A DNA stretch of 52,018 nucleotides from Planctomycetota bacterium (GCA_047638675.1 JBLIML010000006.1:1-52018); one strand, 5' to 3'; positions 9,505-23,085 are shown, counted from the stretch's first letter. The notes: generated by a model not told the origin, from the letters alone. Numbers and translations are program-made.

Positions 9505-9656
9505 ATTGCCTGGAGGAAGTAGGCCAGTAGGGGCCTCGGATCTTGATTACTTACACCCGCCTTTCGACGTCGTGATCAAAGAGAAGCAAAGGCGTGGTGC
9601 CACAAGGGACAAGCATGGGAAAGGTTGCGGTAAACCTGAGGTGTATTACGTTTTTG

Positions 9657-10520
9657 CTAATCCCCCGTAAATTCCAAGGTTAAAACCGTTAAATCATCTT
9701 TGCAGCCCAGCCCTCGACTAAATTTTTCAAGTTCGCCTGTCAACGCTGTAGAAATTGAAGCGATCGATTCATTCCGGTGCTGTGTCAGAGTATCCAGCAA
9801 ACGGTGTAAACCAAAAATCTCTTTGTCAGGATTGCTCCATTCAATAGCAGCATCAGTGTAGGCAATCACTTTGTCGCCGACCGCCAGCTGATAGCTTTCT
9901 TCTTCATAGGGAACAGGTTCGTCTTCAAAAATGCCCAGGGCGCAACCCCCCTCATCGAATTGAACCAGGGTCTCGCCATTAGCAGGTATTATAATTAGCG
10001 ATGGATGGCCTGCATGGGTAACTGTTAAATATCCGCTTTGTGTAATTCGAAAAAACACACCTGAAACCGAACGCCCGGTCTGTCTGCAAGCAATCACCTT
10101 GTTTAAAATTCGAATCGATTCATCGGTAGCAAGATTACGTCTGATACCGTCCAGCCCAATATGTATCATCATCGTCATTAACGCGGCGGCTATTCCATGC
10201 CCTGTTGCATCCCCTAAAAATATTGCCAGCTCGCCCTCACGATTTAACAGGAAATCATAAACATCGCCGGACACGTCGCTATAGGGTCGATAGACAATGG
10301 CGATATCTAAATACTGTAGATCAATAGCGCTGGGCAACACGGCCCGTTGAAATTCAGCCGCCATGTCCAGTTCCTGCCGCATTTGTTCGTTCTGCCGAAT
10401 CAGCGCCGGCTCGGCGCTCTCACGTATTTTCGTCACCAATCTCGACTGTTCCATTATATTGGAAAACTCAGTTTTTCTGTCCGAGAGGACTTCCGTTATG
10501 TTATTAGTGACTATAAACAT
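9657..10520 (-). CDS. PP2C/SpoIIE-family Ser/Thr phosphatase (RsbU-like), no sensor domain
   Basis: Motifs ELDMAAEFQRAVLP, VSGDVYD, GDATGHG..AA, HAGHP, YTDA, DDLT. Confidence 0.9.
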   Translation of the reverse strand: MFIVTNNITEVLSDRKTEFSNIMEQSRLVTKIRESAEPALIRQNEQMRQELDMAAEFQRAVLPSAIDLQYLDIAIVYRPYSDVSGDVYDFLLNREGELAIFLGDATGHGIAAALMTMMIHIGLDGIRRNLATDESIRILNKVIACRQTGRSVSGVFFRITQSGYLTVTHAGHPSLIIIPANGETLVQFDEGGCALGIFEDEPVPYEEESYQLAVGDKVIAYTDAAIEWSNPDKEIFGLHRLLDTLTQHRNESIASISTALTGELEKFSRGLGCKDDLTVLTLEFTGD

Positions 10521-10617
10521 GGCTTTACATTAGAGGGCACAAAACTTCACCCCACCAAGGCCGAGATTAACAAAGCAACCGAAGAATGTTATCAAATTAT
10601 TTTTCTGCATTGACTTA

Positions 10618-10644
10618 GTATCGGCAGAAGGCTCGTAAGCTTAA
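10618..10644 (-). promoter_or_regulatory. Sigma-28 (FliA) promoter candidate for the PP2C gene
   Basis: Minus strand TTAAGCTT-N11-GCCGATAC versus consensus TAAAGTTT-N11-GCCGATAA, about 100 bp upstream of the ATG. Confidence 0.6.
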
Positions 10645-10773
10645 ATGGTGAATTCGAACAGAAAAATGTGGCTAAACCAATGCTGAACCGCGCTAACGGG
10701 CAAGAAATCCAGACAAAGGATGTCTATAGAAACCGATATTTATGTGTGTTATTCGATATGAGCTGCGGAGATT

Positions 10774-11832
10774 TCAACCAAAATTAATCTTCGCCTCAAG
10801 ATTGGTTCTCGAGTCGGCATTTCCAAGCGCTTCTTCAAGTTCAACACGGCCTTCTTTATAAAGTTCATAAAGCGCCATATCAAAGGTCTGCATGCCTTTT
10901 TGTCCGCTCTCCGCCATGGCCTCTTTAACGCTATTGAGTTCGCCTTTAAGAATCAATTCCGCAATATGCGGAGTGTTAATCAAAATCTCGATGGCGGCAC
11001 AGCGCTTACCATTAACTGCGAGAACCAGTCTCTGGGAAACGACTGCGCGTATGTTAAGTGACAGATCCATGAATAGCTGTTTGTGCATGTCCTGAGGAAA
11101 CATATTGATGACGCGTTCCATTGCCTGATTTGCATTATTGGCATGCAGAGTTGAAATCGCCAGATGGCCGGTATTCGATAGTTCCATTGCGGCTTCCATG
11201 GTGTCTCTATCGCGAATCTCGCCTATGAGAATAACATCGGGCGCTTCGCGCAAAGAGGCTTTAAGCGCATTAGGGTAGGACAGCGTATCAACGCCTACTT
11301 CGCGTTGATTAATTATTGATTTTTTATTGGGATGGCTAAATTCCACCGGATCCTCAATGGTTAAAATATGTCCAGACATGGTTTCATTACGATGATTGAT
11401 CATCGCTGCCAGGGTAGTCGATTTACCCGAACCGGTGGCGCCGACCATCAACAGTAAACCACGTTTGTTGCTAATCAAATCCTTCAATATTTCAGGGACG
11501 CCCAGATCTTCAATGGTCGGGATCTCACTGGGGATTCGACGTAGAACCATCGCCACTTCGCCACGTTGTTTAAATACATTGACACGAAAACGCGCTGAGC
11601 CATCAGGCATGGGAATCGCGAAGTCGCATTCCAGGTTCTCTTCAAATTGCTGGATCTGCTTCTCATTCATGATCCCGTAAGCTGCTGCCCTCGACATTTC
11701 ACCATCCAGTACGGTTTTACCCACCGCTGTGGCTTTGCCTTCCATTTTTATCTTCACCGGAGAATTTTCGGTGAAAAACAGATCAGAGGCATTTTTTTCA
11801 ACGACCAGTTTCAGGTAAGGAAGAATATCCAA
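10774..11832 (-). CDS. pilU: Type IV pilus retraction ATPase, second PilU paralog
   Basis: GATGSGKST, TIEDPVE, LREAPDVILIGEIRD, TLHANN, GMQTFD. TTG start. Confidence 0.88.
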   Translation of the reverse strand: MDILPYLKLVVEKNASDLFFTENSPVKIKMEGKATAVGKTVLDGEMSRAAAYGIMNEKQIQQFEENLECDFAIPMPDGSARFRVNVFKQRGEVAMVLRRIPSEIPTIEDLGVPEILKDLISNKRGLLLMVGATGSGKSTTLAAMINHRNETMSGHILTIEDPVEFSHPNKKSIINQREVGVDTLSYPNALKASLREAPDVILIGEIRDRDTMEAAMELSNTGHLAISTLHANNANQAMERVINMFPQDMHKQLFMDLSLNIRAVVSQRLVLAVNGKRCAAIEILINTPHIAELILKGELNSVKEAMAESGQKGMQTFDMALYELYKEGRVELEEALGNADSRTNLEAKINFG

Positions 11833-11879
11833 ACTTTTAAATCCCCTTTTTTATTGTTTTACTCGTGATTTATAAACTA

Positions 11880-13043
11880 TTACAACATCCCCGAATCTTC
11901 TTCGCTTGCTTCCAGGCTCAGGTGTTCCAGTCCAGCCATCTTGTCGCTGTCTTTGGCATCCTTGCCTTCCAATTTGATCCTCAAGCGAATTTCATTAACC
12001 GAATCAGCGTTGCGCAAAGCCTCTTCAAAAGAAATCTCGTCGGCTTGCTGTAGGTCAAACAAAGCCTGATCGAAAGTCTGCATGCCCATTTCTTTTGATT
12101 TTGCCATAAGGCTCTTGATCTCATGGACTTCGCCTTTCAGAATCAGGTCCGCCATTAATGGTGAATTAAGCAATATTTCGATAGCGGCCCGGCGACCCTT
12201 GCCATCAGGTGTTTTCACCAATCGCTGCGATATAATCGCTTTCAGGTTTAGCGATAAGTCCATCAGCAACTGTGTTCTACGTTCTTCCGGGAAAAAGTTA
12301 ATTATGCGATCCAGAGCCTGGTTTGAACTGTTTGCGTGTAAAGTTGCCATGGCCAGATGCCCTGTTTCTGCGAAGGCGATACCAAATTCCATGGTATCTT
12401 TATCCCGGATCTCGCCTAGCAGAATAACATCCGGTGCCTGTCTTAATGTGTTCTTAAGCGCAATCTCCCAGTCGTCAGTATCCACGCCGACCTCTCGTTG
12501 CATAATTACGCAGTTCTTGTGAGGATGAACATATTCAATGGGATCTTCGATGGTAATGATATGCCCATAGGTATTCTGATTACGATAATCGATCATTGCC
12601 GCAAGCGACGTTGATTTACCTGATCCTGTGCCGCCGACCATGATGATCAAACCGTTCTTCACCATAACGGTTTCTTTTAAAACCTCCGGCAATCCCAGTT
12701 TTTCAAGATTCGGCACTTCTGTCTCAATGACCCGCATTACTAATCCGCAAAAACTCTGTTGAATAAAGGCGTTGGCACGAAAACGTCCTATTCCCTGGGG
12801 CGCCACGGCGAAATTACATTCCTTGGTCGCTTCGTACTCTTTCAGCTGCCGATCATTCATGACGGCGTAGACCATGGCTTTGGTATTTTCCGGGGTTAGG
12901 GCGGTCTTTGACACTGGGGTCATTTTTCCCTGGACTTTCATGGCAGGCGGAAAACCGACTGTAACAAAGAGATCCGACCCTTTTTTTTCAATCATAAGCT
13001 TAAGCAGATCCTGCATAAACTTAACCGCCTGTTCTCGTTCCAT
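11880..13043 (-). CDS. pilU: Type IV pilus retraction ATPase PilU
   Basis: GGTGSGKST, TIEDPIE, LRQAPDVIL, ALDRIINFFPEE, GMQTFDQAL. Confidence 0.92.
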   Translation of the reverse strand: MEREQAVKFMQDLLKLMIEKKGSDLFVTVGFPPAMKVQGKMTPVSKTALTPENTKAMVYAVMNDRQLKEYEATKECNFAVAPQGIGRFRANAFIQQSFCGLVMRVIETEVPNLEKLGLPEVLKETVMVKNGLIIMVGGTGSGKSTSLAAMIDYRNQNTYGHIITIEDPIEYVHPHKNCVIMQREVGVDTDDWEIALKNTLRQAPDVILLGEIRDKDTMEFGIAFAETGHLAMATLHANSSNQALDRIINFFPEERRTQLLMDLSLNLKAIISQRLVKTPDGKGRRAAIEILLNSPLMADLILKGEVHEIKSLMAKSKEMGMQTFDQALFDLQQADEISFEEALRNADSVNEIRLRIKLEGKDAKDSDKMAGLEHLSLEASEEDSGML

Positions 13044-13075
13044 AGGGATTCCCCGTCTATATAAATATTGGCGTT

Positions 13076-14110
13076 CTAGAAATTGTCTCTATTGGTCGCC
13101 TTACTTCTGGCTTCATTGCGATCAACAATACCCTCTTTCACCAGCCGCTCCAGATCCTGATCAAGTGTCTTCATGCCAAAAGTCGCGCCTGTTTGAATAG
13201 CCGAATACATTTGTGCAATCTTGTTTTCCCTGATCAGATTTCGTATCGCTGGCGTACCGATCATGATCTCGTGAGCAGCGACTCGTCCACCACCTTTTTT
13301 CTTTAACAGTGCCTGCGATATTACTGCACGTAAGGACTCCGACATCATCGCCCTCACCATGTCTTTTTCTGCGGCTGGAAACACGTCAACTACACGGTCA
13401 ATGGTCTTGGCAGCGGAACTCGTGTGCAGTGTACCGAAAACCAGGTGACCGGTTTCCGCAGCGCCCAATGCCAGGCGAATGGTCTCAAGATCACGCATTT
13501 CCCCCACCAGTATCACGTCGGGGTCCTCGCGCAAGGCTGAGCGTAATGCTTCGGTGAAACCCAGGGTATCTCGATGGATTTCGCGCTGGTTCATCAGACA
13601 TTTTTTACTCTGGTGAACAAATTCAATGGGGTCTTCCAGGGTTAAAATATGGCCGTACTCGGTGTCGTTTTTGTAATCGACCATGGCCGCCAGGGTGGTG
13701 GACTTACCCGACCCGGTCGGCCCGGTAACGAGTACAACGCCTCTCGGATAGTCAGATATATCCTCAAATATTTTTGGTGCGCCCAACTGCTCAAGAGACA
13801 GAATGACAGAGGGAATAGTTCGAAATACGGCCGCTGAGCCACGGTTCTGATTAAAAGCGTTCACTCGAAAACGCGCCAAACCCGGCACCTCAAAAGAAAA
13901 GTCACATTCCAGGAACTCTTCAAAGTCCTTGCGGTTCTTATCGTTCATGATGTCGTACACCATGTCGTGGACTTCTTTGTGATCAAGTGGCGGCACATTG
14001 ACACGGCGCACATCGCCATCAACTCGTATCATAGGGGGTAAACCTGAGGACAAATGCAAATCTGAGCACCCGTTTTTTACACCAAACGCTAGTAATTCAC
14101 CGATATCCAT
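13076..14110 (-). CDS. pilT: Type IV pilus retraction ATPase PilT
   Basis: GPTGSGKST, LREDPD, and the PilT-specific AIRNLIRE motif. Divergent from yggS as usual. Confidence 0.96.
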   Translation of the reverse strand: MDIGELLAFGVKNGCSDLHLSSGLPPMIRVDGDVRRVNVPPLDHKEVHDMVYDIMNDKNRKDFEEFLECDFSFEVPGLARFRVNAFNQNRGSAAVFRTIPSVILSLEQLGAPKIFEDISDYPRGVVLVTGPTGSGKSTTLAAMVDYKNDTEYGHILTLEDPIEFVHQSKKCLMNQREIHRDTLGFTEALRSALREDPDVILVGEMRDLETIRLALGAAETGHLVFGTLHTSSAAKTIDRVVDVFPAAEKDMVRAMMSESLRAVISQALLKKKGGGRVAAHEIMIGTPAIRNLIRENKIAQMYSAIQTGATFGMKTLDQDLERLVKEGIVDRNEARSKATNRDNF

Positions 14111-14270
14111 CTACAGCCTCCAATTCAACGATTAATTTTCAAAGTTTTGAGTCTAATCCCTTACAATAATGCCATTCCAGCATGTCTTCGTGACTATTAT
14201 AATTTTCTTTACAGCCATCTCTGCAATGACCATATTACTGACATTTTGACCTATAGACTACTGTATTCCT

Positions 14271-14954
14271 ATGCAATTCATAGCTCAACAACTAAATATA
14301 GTCCGCGAAAAAGTGCGCGCCTTTGAAGCAAAGTATGGCCGCGAGGAAAATTCCGTGAAGCTACTTGCGGTCAGTAAAACACGTTCAGTGGAAGATATTT
14401 TACAGGCGATGGCCTGCGGTCAGCTTGAATTTGGCGAGAATTATCAGCAGGAAGCCAGTATCAAGGTTAATACCTCGAGCCTTAAAAATGTTGTCTGGCA
14501 CTTTATAGGCCCCTTGCAAACCAATAAGGCGCCTGACATCGCTAAACATTTTTCCTGGATACATTCGGTCGATAGAATCAAAATCGCTCAGCGTTTGAGC
14601 GCACTGCGCCCGCCAGAAATGCCGGAGTTGAATGTCTGTATACAGCTCAATATCAGTCAGGAAGCGAGCAAGTCTGGCGCTGCGAGCAGCGAATTAATCT
14701 CCCTGGCCGAGGAAATCTCTTCATTCCCGGGCTTGCGACTACGTGGTCTAATGGCGCTGCCAGCACCAACGAATGATTTCGCCAAACAACGCGAAGGGTT
14801 TTGTAGATTGCGCGAACATTTCGATCAACTTAAGTCGGCCGGATACAATGTCGATACCCTCTCCATGGGGACGTCCAATGATCTGGAAGCTGCTATCGCA
14901 GAAGGCGCGACCATTGTCAGGATAGGAACTGCTTTGTTTGGTGAGCGAAAATAG
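14271..14954 (+). CDS. yggS: PLP homeostasis protein YggS
   Basis: Motifs LLAVSKT, FGENY.QE, WHFIGPLQ.NK, LSMG.S.D, VRIGTALFG. Confidence 0.95.
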   Translation: MQFIAQQLNIVREKVRAFEAKYGREENSVKLLAVSKTRSVEDILQAMACGQLEFGENYQQEASIKVNTSSLKNVVWHFIGPLQTNKAPDIAKHFSWIHSVDRIKIAQRLSALRPPEMPELNVCIQLNISQEASKSGAASSELISLAEEISSFPGLRLRGLMALPAPTNDFAKQREGFCRLREHFDQLKSAGYNVDTLSMGTSNDLEAAIAEGATIVRIGTALFGERK

Positions 14955-15014
14955 GGCTCCCGTACATTAATTGATACACTGCAATGATTAATAATCGTCG
15001 TTCGAGAAAAACAC

Positions 15015-15842
15015 ATGAAGCAAGCTAGAATCAGTTTTCTTGGCTGTGGCAATATGGGTCGTAGTCTTATTGGTGGACTGATCGGCAATGGCTATCCTGT
15101 GGAATTGTTGTGTGGCGCTGATCCTGACGCGGAACAAAGAGAACAACTCGCTCGCCTTTTTGGTATTTCGGTATTCGCTGATAATAACGAAGCCATTCAG
15201 AAAGCCGAGGTAGTTGTACTGGCGGTGAAACCCCAGGCGATAAACTCCACTGTCCGCGAATTGGCGAACTCGTTAAACAAACAAAAGCCCTTACTTTTAT
15301 CTATCGCCGCAGGCGTTCGTCTATCGGCAATCCGAAGTAGCGCTGGCAGCGATGTGCCTATTGTAAGAGTCATGCCAAACACGCCCGCTCTCATCGGCTG
15401 CGGAGCTGCCGCGATGTTCGCCAATGAAAAAGTCTCGGCAGAACACCGCGATTTAGCAGAAGCTATTATGCGCTCTGTCGGTATTGCCATTTGGCTCGAC
15501 GACGAGGCCAAACTTGATGCTGTCACGGCCTTATCAGGCAGTGGTCCCGCGTATTTTTTCCTGGTTATGGAGCTTATGGAGAAAGCCGCTATAGAACTCG
15601 GGCTCAATGAAGAACAAGCGCGCCTGTTGACGCTGGAGACAGCTCTTGGCGCAGCAAAGATGGCAAGTGAAAGTGTTCATGCCCCAGGTGTGCTTCGGCA
15701 GCAAGTGACCTCACCTGGGGGGACAACTGAACGGGCCCTACAGGTATTACTGGAAGGCGATATTGAACGATTGTTTGGTGATGCCCTGAAGGCGGCAAAA
15801 AACAGATCGATTGAACTCGCCGACAAATTTGGAAATAACTGA
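15015..15842 (+). CDS. proC: Pyrroline-5-carboxylate reductase
   Basis: Motifs GCGNMG, LAVKPQ, RVMPNTP, SGSGPAY, VTSPGGTT. Confidence 0.96.
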   Translation: MKQARISFLGCGNMGRSLIGGLIGNGYPVELLCGADPDAEQREQLARLFGISVFADNNEAIQKAEVVVLAVKPQAINSTVRELANSLNKQKPLLLSIAAGVRLSAIRSSAGSDVPIVRVMPNTPALIGCGAAAMFANEKVSAEHRDLAEAIMRSVGIAIWLDDEAKLDAVTALSGSGPAYFFLVMELMEKAAIELGLNEEQARLLTLETALGAAKMASESVHAPGVLRQQVTSPGGTTERALQVLLEGDIERLFGDALKAAKNRSIELADKFGNN

Positions 15843-15847
15843 CAGAC

Positions 15848-16423
15848 ATGGCTTACCTATTACAGGCAGGGGTCACTTTAGTGCAATTTGTAGTCGGCAT
15901 TTATTTAATGCTGGTTTTATTGCGCTTTTTATTTCAATTAGTGCGCGCGGACTTTTATAACCCGATATCGCAGGCAATAGTCACAGCCACCAATCCTCCG
16001 TTGCGTGTGATTCGAAAAATTGTTCCCGGCTTTGGCGGCATCGACTGGCCGTCCATTATTCTGTTATTTTCCATTCAGGCTCTGGAAATTATTCTGTTGG
16101 CATTACTGATGAGCGGCCGCATGCCCTCAGTTGCTGCTTTGTTTGTTTTAAGCTTTGCACATTTATTACAACTTACAGCCTACCTATATATGTTTTTTAT
16201 TATGATTACTGTCGTTATTAGCTGGATTAGTCCGGGCGCGTATAACCCCCTGACCGTGTTAATCTATCAAGTCACTGATCCTCTAATGCGCCAGGTGAAA
16301 AGGCGTATCCCCACCACTGCCGGCCTGGACTGGTCTCCCATGGTTGTACTATTAGGAATTTATTTATTCATGTCTTTGGTGGTTGCCCCGCTCATGGATT
16401 TCGGCACCAGCCTTAACAGCTAG
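15848..16423 (+). CDS. yggT: YggT family membrane protein
   Basis: Two YGGT repeats (ADFYNPISQ..T.P; NP...TDP...GLD.SP) and gene context. Confidence 0.9.
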   Translation: MAYLLQAGVTLVQFVVGIYLMLVLLRFLFQLVRADFYNPISQAIVTATNPPLRVIRKIVPGFGGIDWPSIILLFSIQALEIILLALLMSGRMPSVAALFVLSFAHLLQLTAYLYMFFIMITVVISWISPGAYNPLTVLIYQVTDPLMRQVKRRIPTTAGLDWSPMVVLLGIYLFMSLVVAPLMDFGTSLNS

Positions 16424-16430
16424 CCTTTGT

Positions 16431-16724
16431 GTGTCCGAATTCTATAGTTACGCGGACAGTAAACTGATTTTACGTTTGCACTTACACACAGGGTGTAATA
16501 TTGATGCAATCGGTGAGCCCTATGGCGACCGTCTGCGTGTTCGTGTCAAAGCACAAGCCATTAAGGGAAGGGCAAATAAACACCTGATCGAGCTTCTCGC
16601 TAGCGAATTTGCTGTCAAAAAATCAAGTATAGCCATTCTCTCCGGGCTGCATAACCGTGACAAAACCCTGTCTATTGAAGTCACTGACAAACAACCGCTT
16701 TGCTTAGGGCCAGCAAGCCAATAA
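16431..16724 (+). CDS. yggU: DUF167/YggU family protein
   Basis: LRVRV.A....GRAN..LIE.LA..F.V.KS.I.I.SG...RDK. Likely GTG start at 16431. Confidence 0.8.
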   Translation: MSEFYSYADSKLILRLHLHTGCNIDAIGEPYGDRLRVRVKAQAIKGRANKHLIELLASEFAVKKSSIAILSGLHNRDKTLSIEVTDKQPLCLGPASQ

Positions 16725-16818
16725 TGTACAAAAATTTAATAGACTGGAACTTCTCACCAACAAGATGTCTGCTATAGTAAGAGCTTGCAGATTGATCTCG
16801 AAATTCAGGAGCATGCAT

Positions 16819-17262
16819 ATGATTAAATCCTTAACGACGTTATTAGCGGTTTTGATGGCCAGTGCAACACTTAGCGTAAGTGCTGAACAATCAAAGAGTT
16901 TTGGTGATTACACCGTGCACTTCAGTGCCTTTACCACGGACATTCTGACGCCGGAAGTGGCCAAGTCCTATCACATACCTCGTAGCAAAAATCGCGCTTT
17001 GCTAAATATATCGGTTCTAAAAAAAGTCATGAATACCCTTGGTAGCCCGGTCAGGGCCAAGATTAAAGCAACAGCAACTAATCTTAGTTCTCAGCTGCGC
17101 GAGTTGAATGTGCGTGAATTAACGGAACATGGCGCTATTTATTATATCGCCGAGACAACTGTTAACAACGAGGAAACTCTGAAATACACCTTGACCATCA
17201 CGCCTGAGGATGAGGCAGAAACCTATACCTTTTCATTTCATCAACAGTTCTTCACTGAATAA
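16819..17262 (+). CDS. DUF4426 family exported protein
   Basis: Signal peptide, then FGDY.VH.SAF....L.PEVA..Y.I.RS...ALLNISV and E.GAIYYIA. SD AGGAG 7 nt upstream of ATG 16819. Confidence 0.8.
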   Translation: MIKSLTTLLAVLMASATLSVSAEQSKSFGDYTVHFSAFTTDILTPEVAKSYHIPRSKNRALLNISVLKKVMNTLGSPVRAKIKATATNLSSQLRELNVRELTEHGAIYYIAETTVNNEETLKYTLTITPEDEAETYTFSFHQQFFTE

Positions 17263-17472
17263 AATAGAACCCCAGATCGCACTTGATGATTTGTGTAATC
17301 TTGGGCATCATCGATTGCCCCGTGCTTTGAGAACCTTTATTCGCCAACAAATATGCAACGGGTAATTCTTCAGTCTGAATCTGCTCACATTCGGCTTGCG
17401 CGAAAAAGTCTTCGACAAGTCAGATGTCGTAATAGATGTACAATAGTCATTTCTTTTTAAGCATTGCTTTTC

Positions 17473-18117
17473 ATGCATGAATATCAACAAGAGTTTATAG
17501 AATTCGCTCTTAAACAAGGCGTGCTTTGTTTCGGCGAGTTTACGCTGAAGTCAGGACGCGTTAGCCCTTACTTTTTTAATAGTGGTTTATTCAATGACGG
17601 TGCATCCCTACAGCGCCTGGGACGTTATTACAGACAGGCAATAGAGCAGAGCGAACTGGAATTCGATATGTTGTTTGGGCCAGCCTATAAAGGTATTCCA
17701 CTGGCCGCTGCGGTCGCGATTTCCTATGCGCAGGAACAAAATCGTAATGTGCCTTTTTCCTTTGATCGAAAGGAGGAAAAAGACCATGGTGAGGGCGGCC
17801 TGACTATGGGAGCGCCCTTAAATGGCAAGATTTTACTAATCGATGATGTCATTACCGCTGGCACTTCGGTGAACTTATCTCGGCAGCTCATACAGGCGGC
17901 TGGTGCGGCAGCCGTGGGCATTGCCATTGCTTTGGACAGACAGGAGCGTGGACAGGGCGAAAAATCCGCCATCCAGGAAATTGAACAAGAGCATGGAATG
18001 AAGGTCATAAGCATTATCAATCTTGAAAACCTGGTTGAACACTTGCAGTCTCGGTCTGATATGAGTAATTATCTTGCCAGTATTAATGATTATCGCCATC
18101 AGTATGGGCTGGGTTGA
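17473..18117 (+). CDS. pyrE: Orotate phosphoribosyltransferase
   Basis: Motifs FGEFTLKSGRVSPYFFN, FGPAYKGIP, KDHGEGG, DDVITAGT. Confidence 0.97.
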   Translation: MHEYQQEFIEFALKQGVLCFGEFTLKSGRVSPYFFNSGLFNDGASLQRLGRYYRQAIEQSELEFDMLFGPAYKGIPLAAAVAISYAQEQNRNVPFSFDRKEEKDHGEGGLTMGAPLNGKILLIDDVITAGTSVNLSRQLIQAAGAAAVGIAIALDRQERGQGEKSAIQEIEQEHGMKVISIINLENLVEHLQSRSDMSNYLASINDYRHQYGLG

Positions 18118-18217
18118 AATAAATGAGCCTGTTCTTATACTTTAAAATTCGCGAAATAAAGGTAAAATATTCATTAATTCCTCGAGCATAACAAGACGCA
18201 CCACGAAGGAAAGCTTT

Positions 18218-18838
18218 ATGAAAACAGCCAATTATCTATCTATTATTAGTAGTATCATTCTTTTATTGATGCTAAGCAGCCCTGCCCATGCCCGTTTTAA
18301 GTGCTGGACCAATAATGAGGGCATACGTGAGTGCGGCGAAACAGTGCCTCCAGAGTACGCCCAGAAAGGTCATCAGGAGTTAAGTGAACAAGGCATGGTG
18401 CTTGAGAAAAAGGACCGCGCAAAAACCGAAGAAGAGCTTGCTGAAGACGCACGACAGGCCGAAATAGCAGTGGCACAAAAAAAGATACAAGACGAACAAA
18501 TGCTTCAGGACAAGATTTTACTCGATACTTTTGTCTCTATTGCTGACATTGAGGCCGGTAGAGACGACAAGCTTACGGTGATCGAGTCTGATATTACACT
18601 CACTAATAAACGTAACGAGAAAACCCAGGAAGATCTGGACAAACGAATAGAGGCCGCTGCCAAGGCGGAACTAGGCGGCAATGCCCCTAACGAAGCTCTG
18701 TTGAAGGATATCGATTTATTGCGCACTCGAATCGAAAATAATAACGCGTTTATCGAGAACAAAAGCAAAGAACACGATGCGGTTAAAGCCGCAGCAGACG
18801 AAGATATAGTGCGGTTTAAACGATTAAAAGGTCTGTAA
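18218..18838 (+). CDS. Exported protein, DUF4124-like N-terminus plus coiled coil
   Basis: Signal peptide (AHA), then FKCWTNNEG..ECGETVPP and a long charged helical region. SD AAGGA. Confidence 0.65.
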   Translation: MKTANYLSIISSIILLLMLSSPAHARFKCWTNNEGIRECGETVPPEYAQKGHQELSEQGMVLEKKDRAKTEEELAEDARQAEIAVAQKKIQDEQMLQDKILLDTFVSIADIEAGRDDKLTVIESDITLTNKRNEKTQEDLDKRIEAAAKAELGGNAPNEALLKDIDLLRTRIENNNAFIENKSKEHDAVKAAADEDIVRFKRLKGL

Positions 18839-18852
18839 AAGGTCTGTAAAAG
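18825..18852. repeat. 11-bp tandem duplication at a gene end
   Basis: TAAAAGGTCTG twice plus TAAAAG, spanning the stop codon. Confidence 0.7.
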
Positions 18853-18862
18853 ATCAATGTTG

Positions 18863-19453
18863 TTAGAGAGATTTAAACATACCCGTTTTTAATACCTGCC
18901 ACTGTTCCGCACTATATTCTGTTGGCTTCCTGTCAAAATTTGTGCGGACGTACTGACTCATTCGTCCTTCAATTAAGGCAACAATTTCATTGGCAGCAGC
19001 GTCAATAGGGGCCATAGCCCGTGGGCCATCAGATAAATTGGCTTCTCGCAGGATCTGTTTAATTTGAGTTTCAACACGCTCAAAAAATTTACCTACACGA
19101 ACACGAAGCCGCTCATTTTCACCGATCAGCGCATCTCCCAGCAATACGCGTGTGATACCAGGATTTCTCTCTGAAAACCCCAGGACAAGCTGAATGAGTC
19201 TTTCACAACGCACAATCACGTTTTTCTCTTGCTCCATTATTTTATTGGTCAACGTAAATACCGACTCTTCGGCAAAATCTATCAAGGCTTCGAACATTTT
19301 TGCTTTGCTGGCGAAGTGCCTGTAAAGAGCCGCCTCGGAGACGCCAACGGCTTTTGCCAATGCCGCCGTCGTAATACGAGTGCCAGGGTTGGACTCTAAC
19401 TCCTGCGCTAGTACCTCCAATATTTGTTGGCGGCGATTAGGCTTATCTGTCAT
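18863..19453 (-). CDS. slmA: Nucleoid occlusion factor SlmA (TetR family)
   Basis: RR.QIL..LA..LE...RITTA.LA..VGVSEAALYRHF.SK..MFE and RNPG.TR.L.G.AL. Confidence 0.92.
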   Translation of the reverse strand: MTDKPNRRQQILEVLAQELESNPGTRITTAALAKAVGVSEAALYRHFASKAKMFEALIDFAEESVFTLTNKIMEQEKNVIVRCERLIQLVLGFSERNPGITRVLLGDALIGENERLRVRVGKFFERVETQIKQILREANLSDGPRAMAPIDAAANEIVALIEGRMSQYVRTNFDRKPTEYSAEQWQVLKTGMFKSL

Positions 19454-19465
19454 GTCAGGATAAAA

Positions 19466-23009
<3,544 letters not shown>

Positions 23010-23085
23010 GCTTTTGTCCTGCTTGTCGTTATGAATTTAGAAGAAACCAATATTCATAGTGGTCAGATAGAACGACCACCCTGTT

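Noticed and set aside
16746-16772. Sigma-E-like GGAACTT...TCTGC before the DUF4426 gene
   Set aside because: The spacer is 15 nt and the -10 is weak; not supportable without TSS data.
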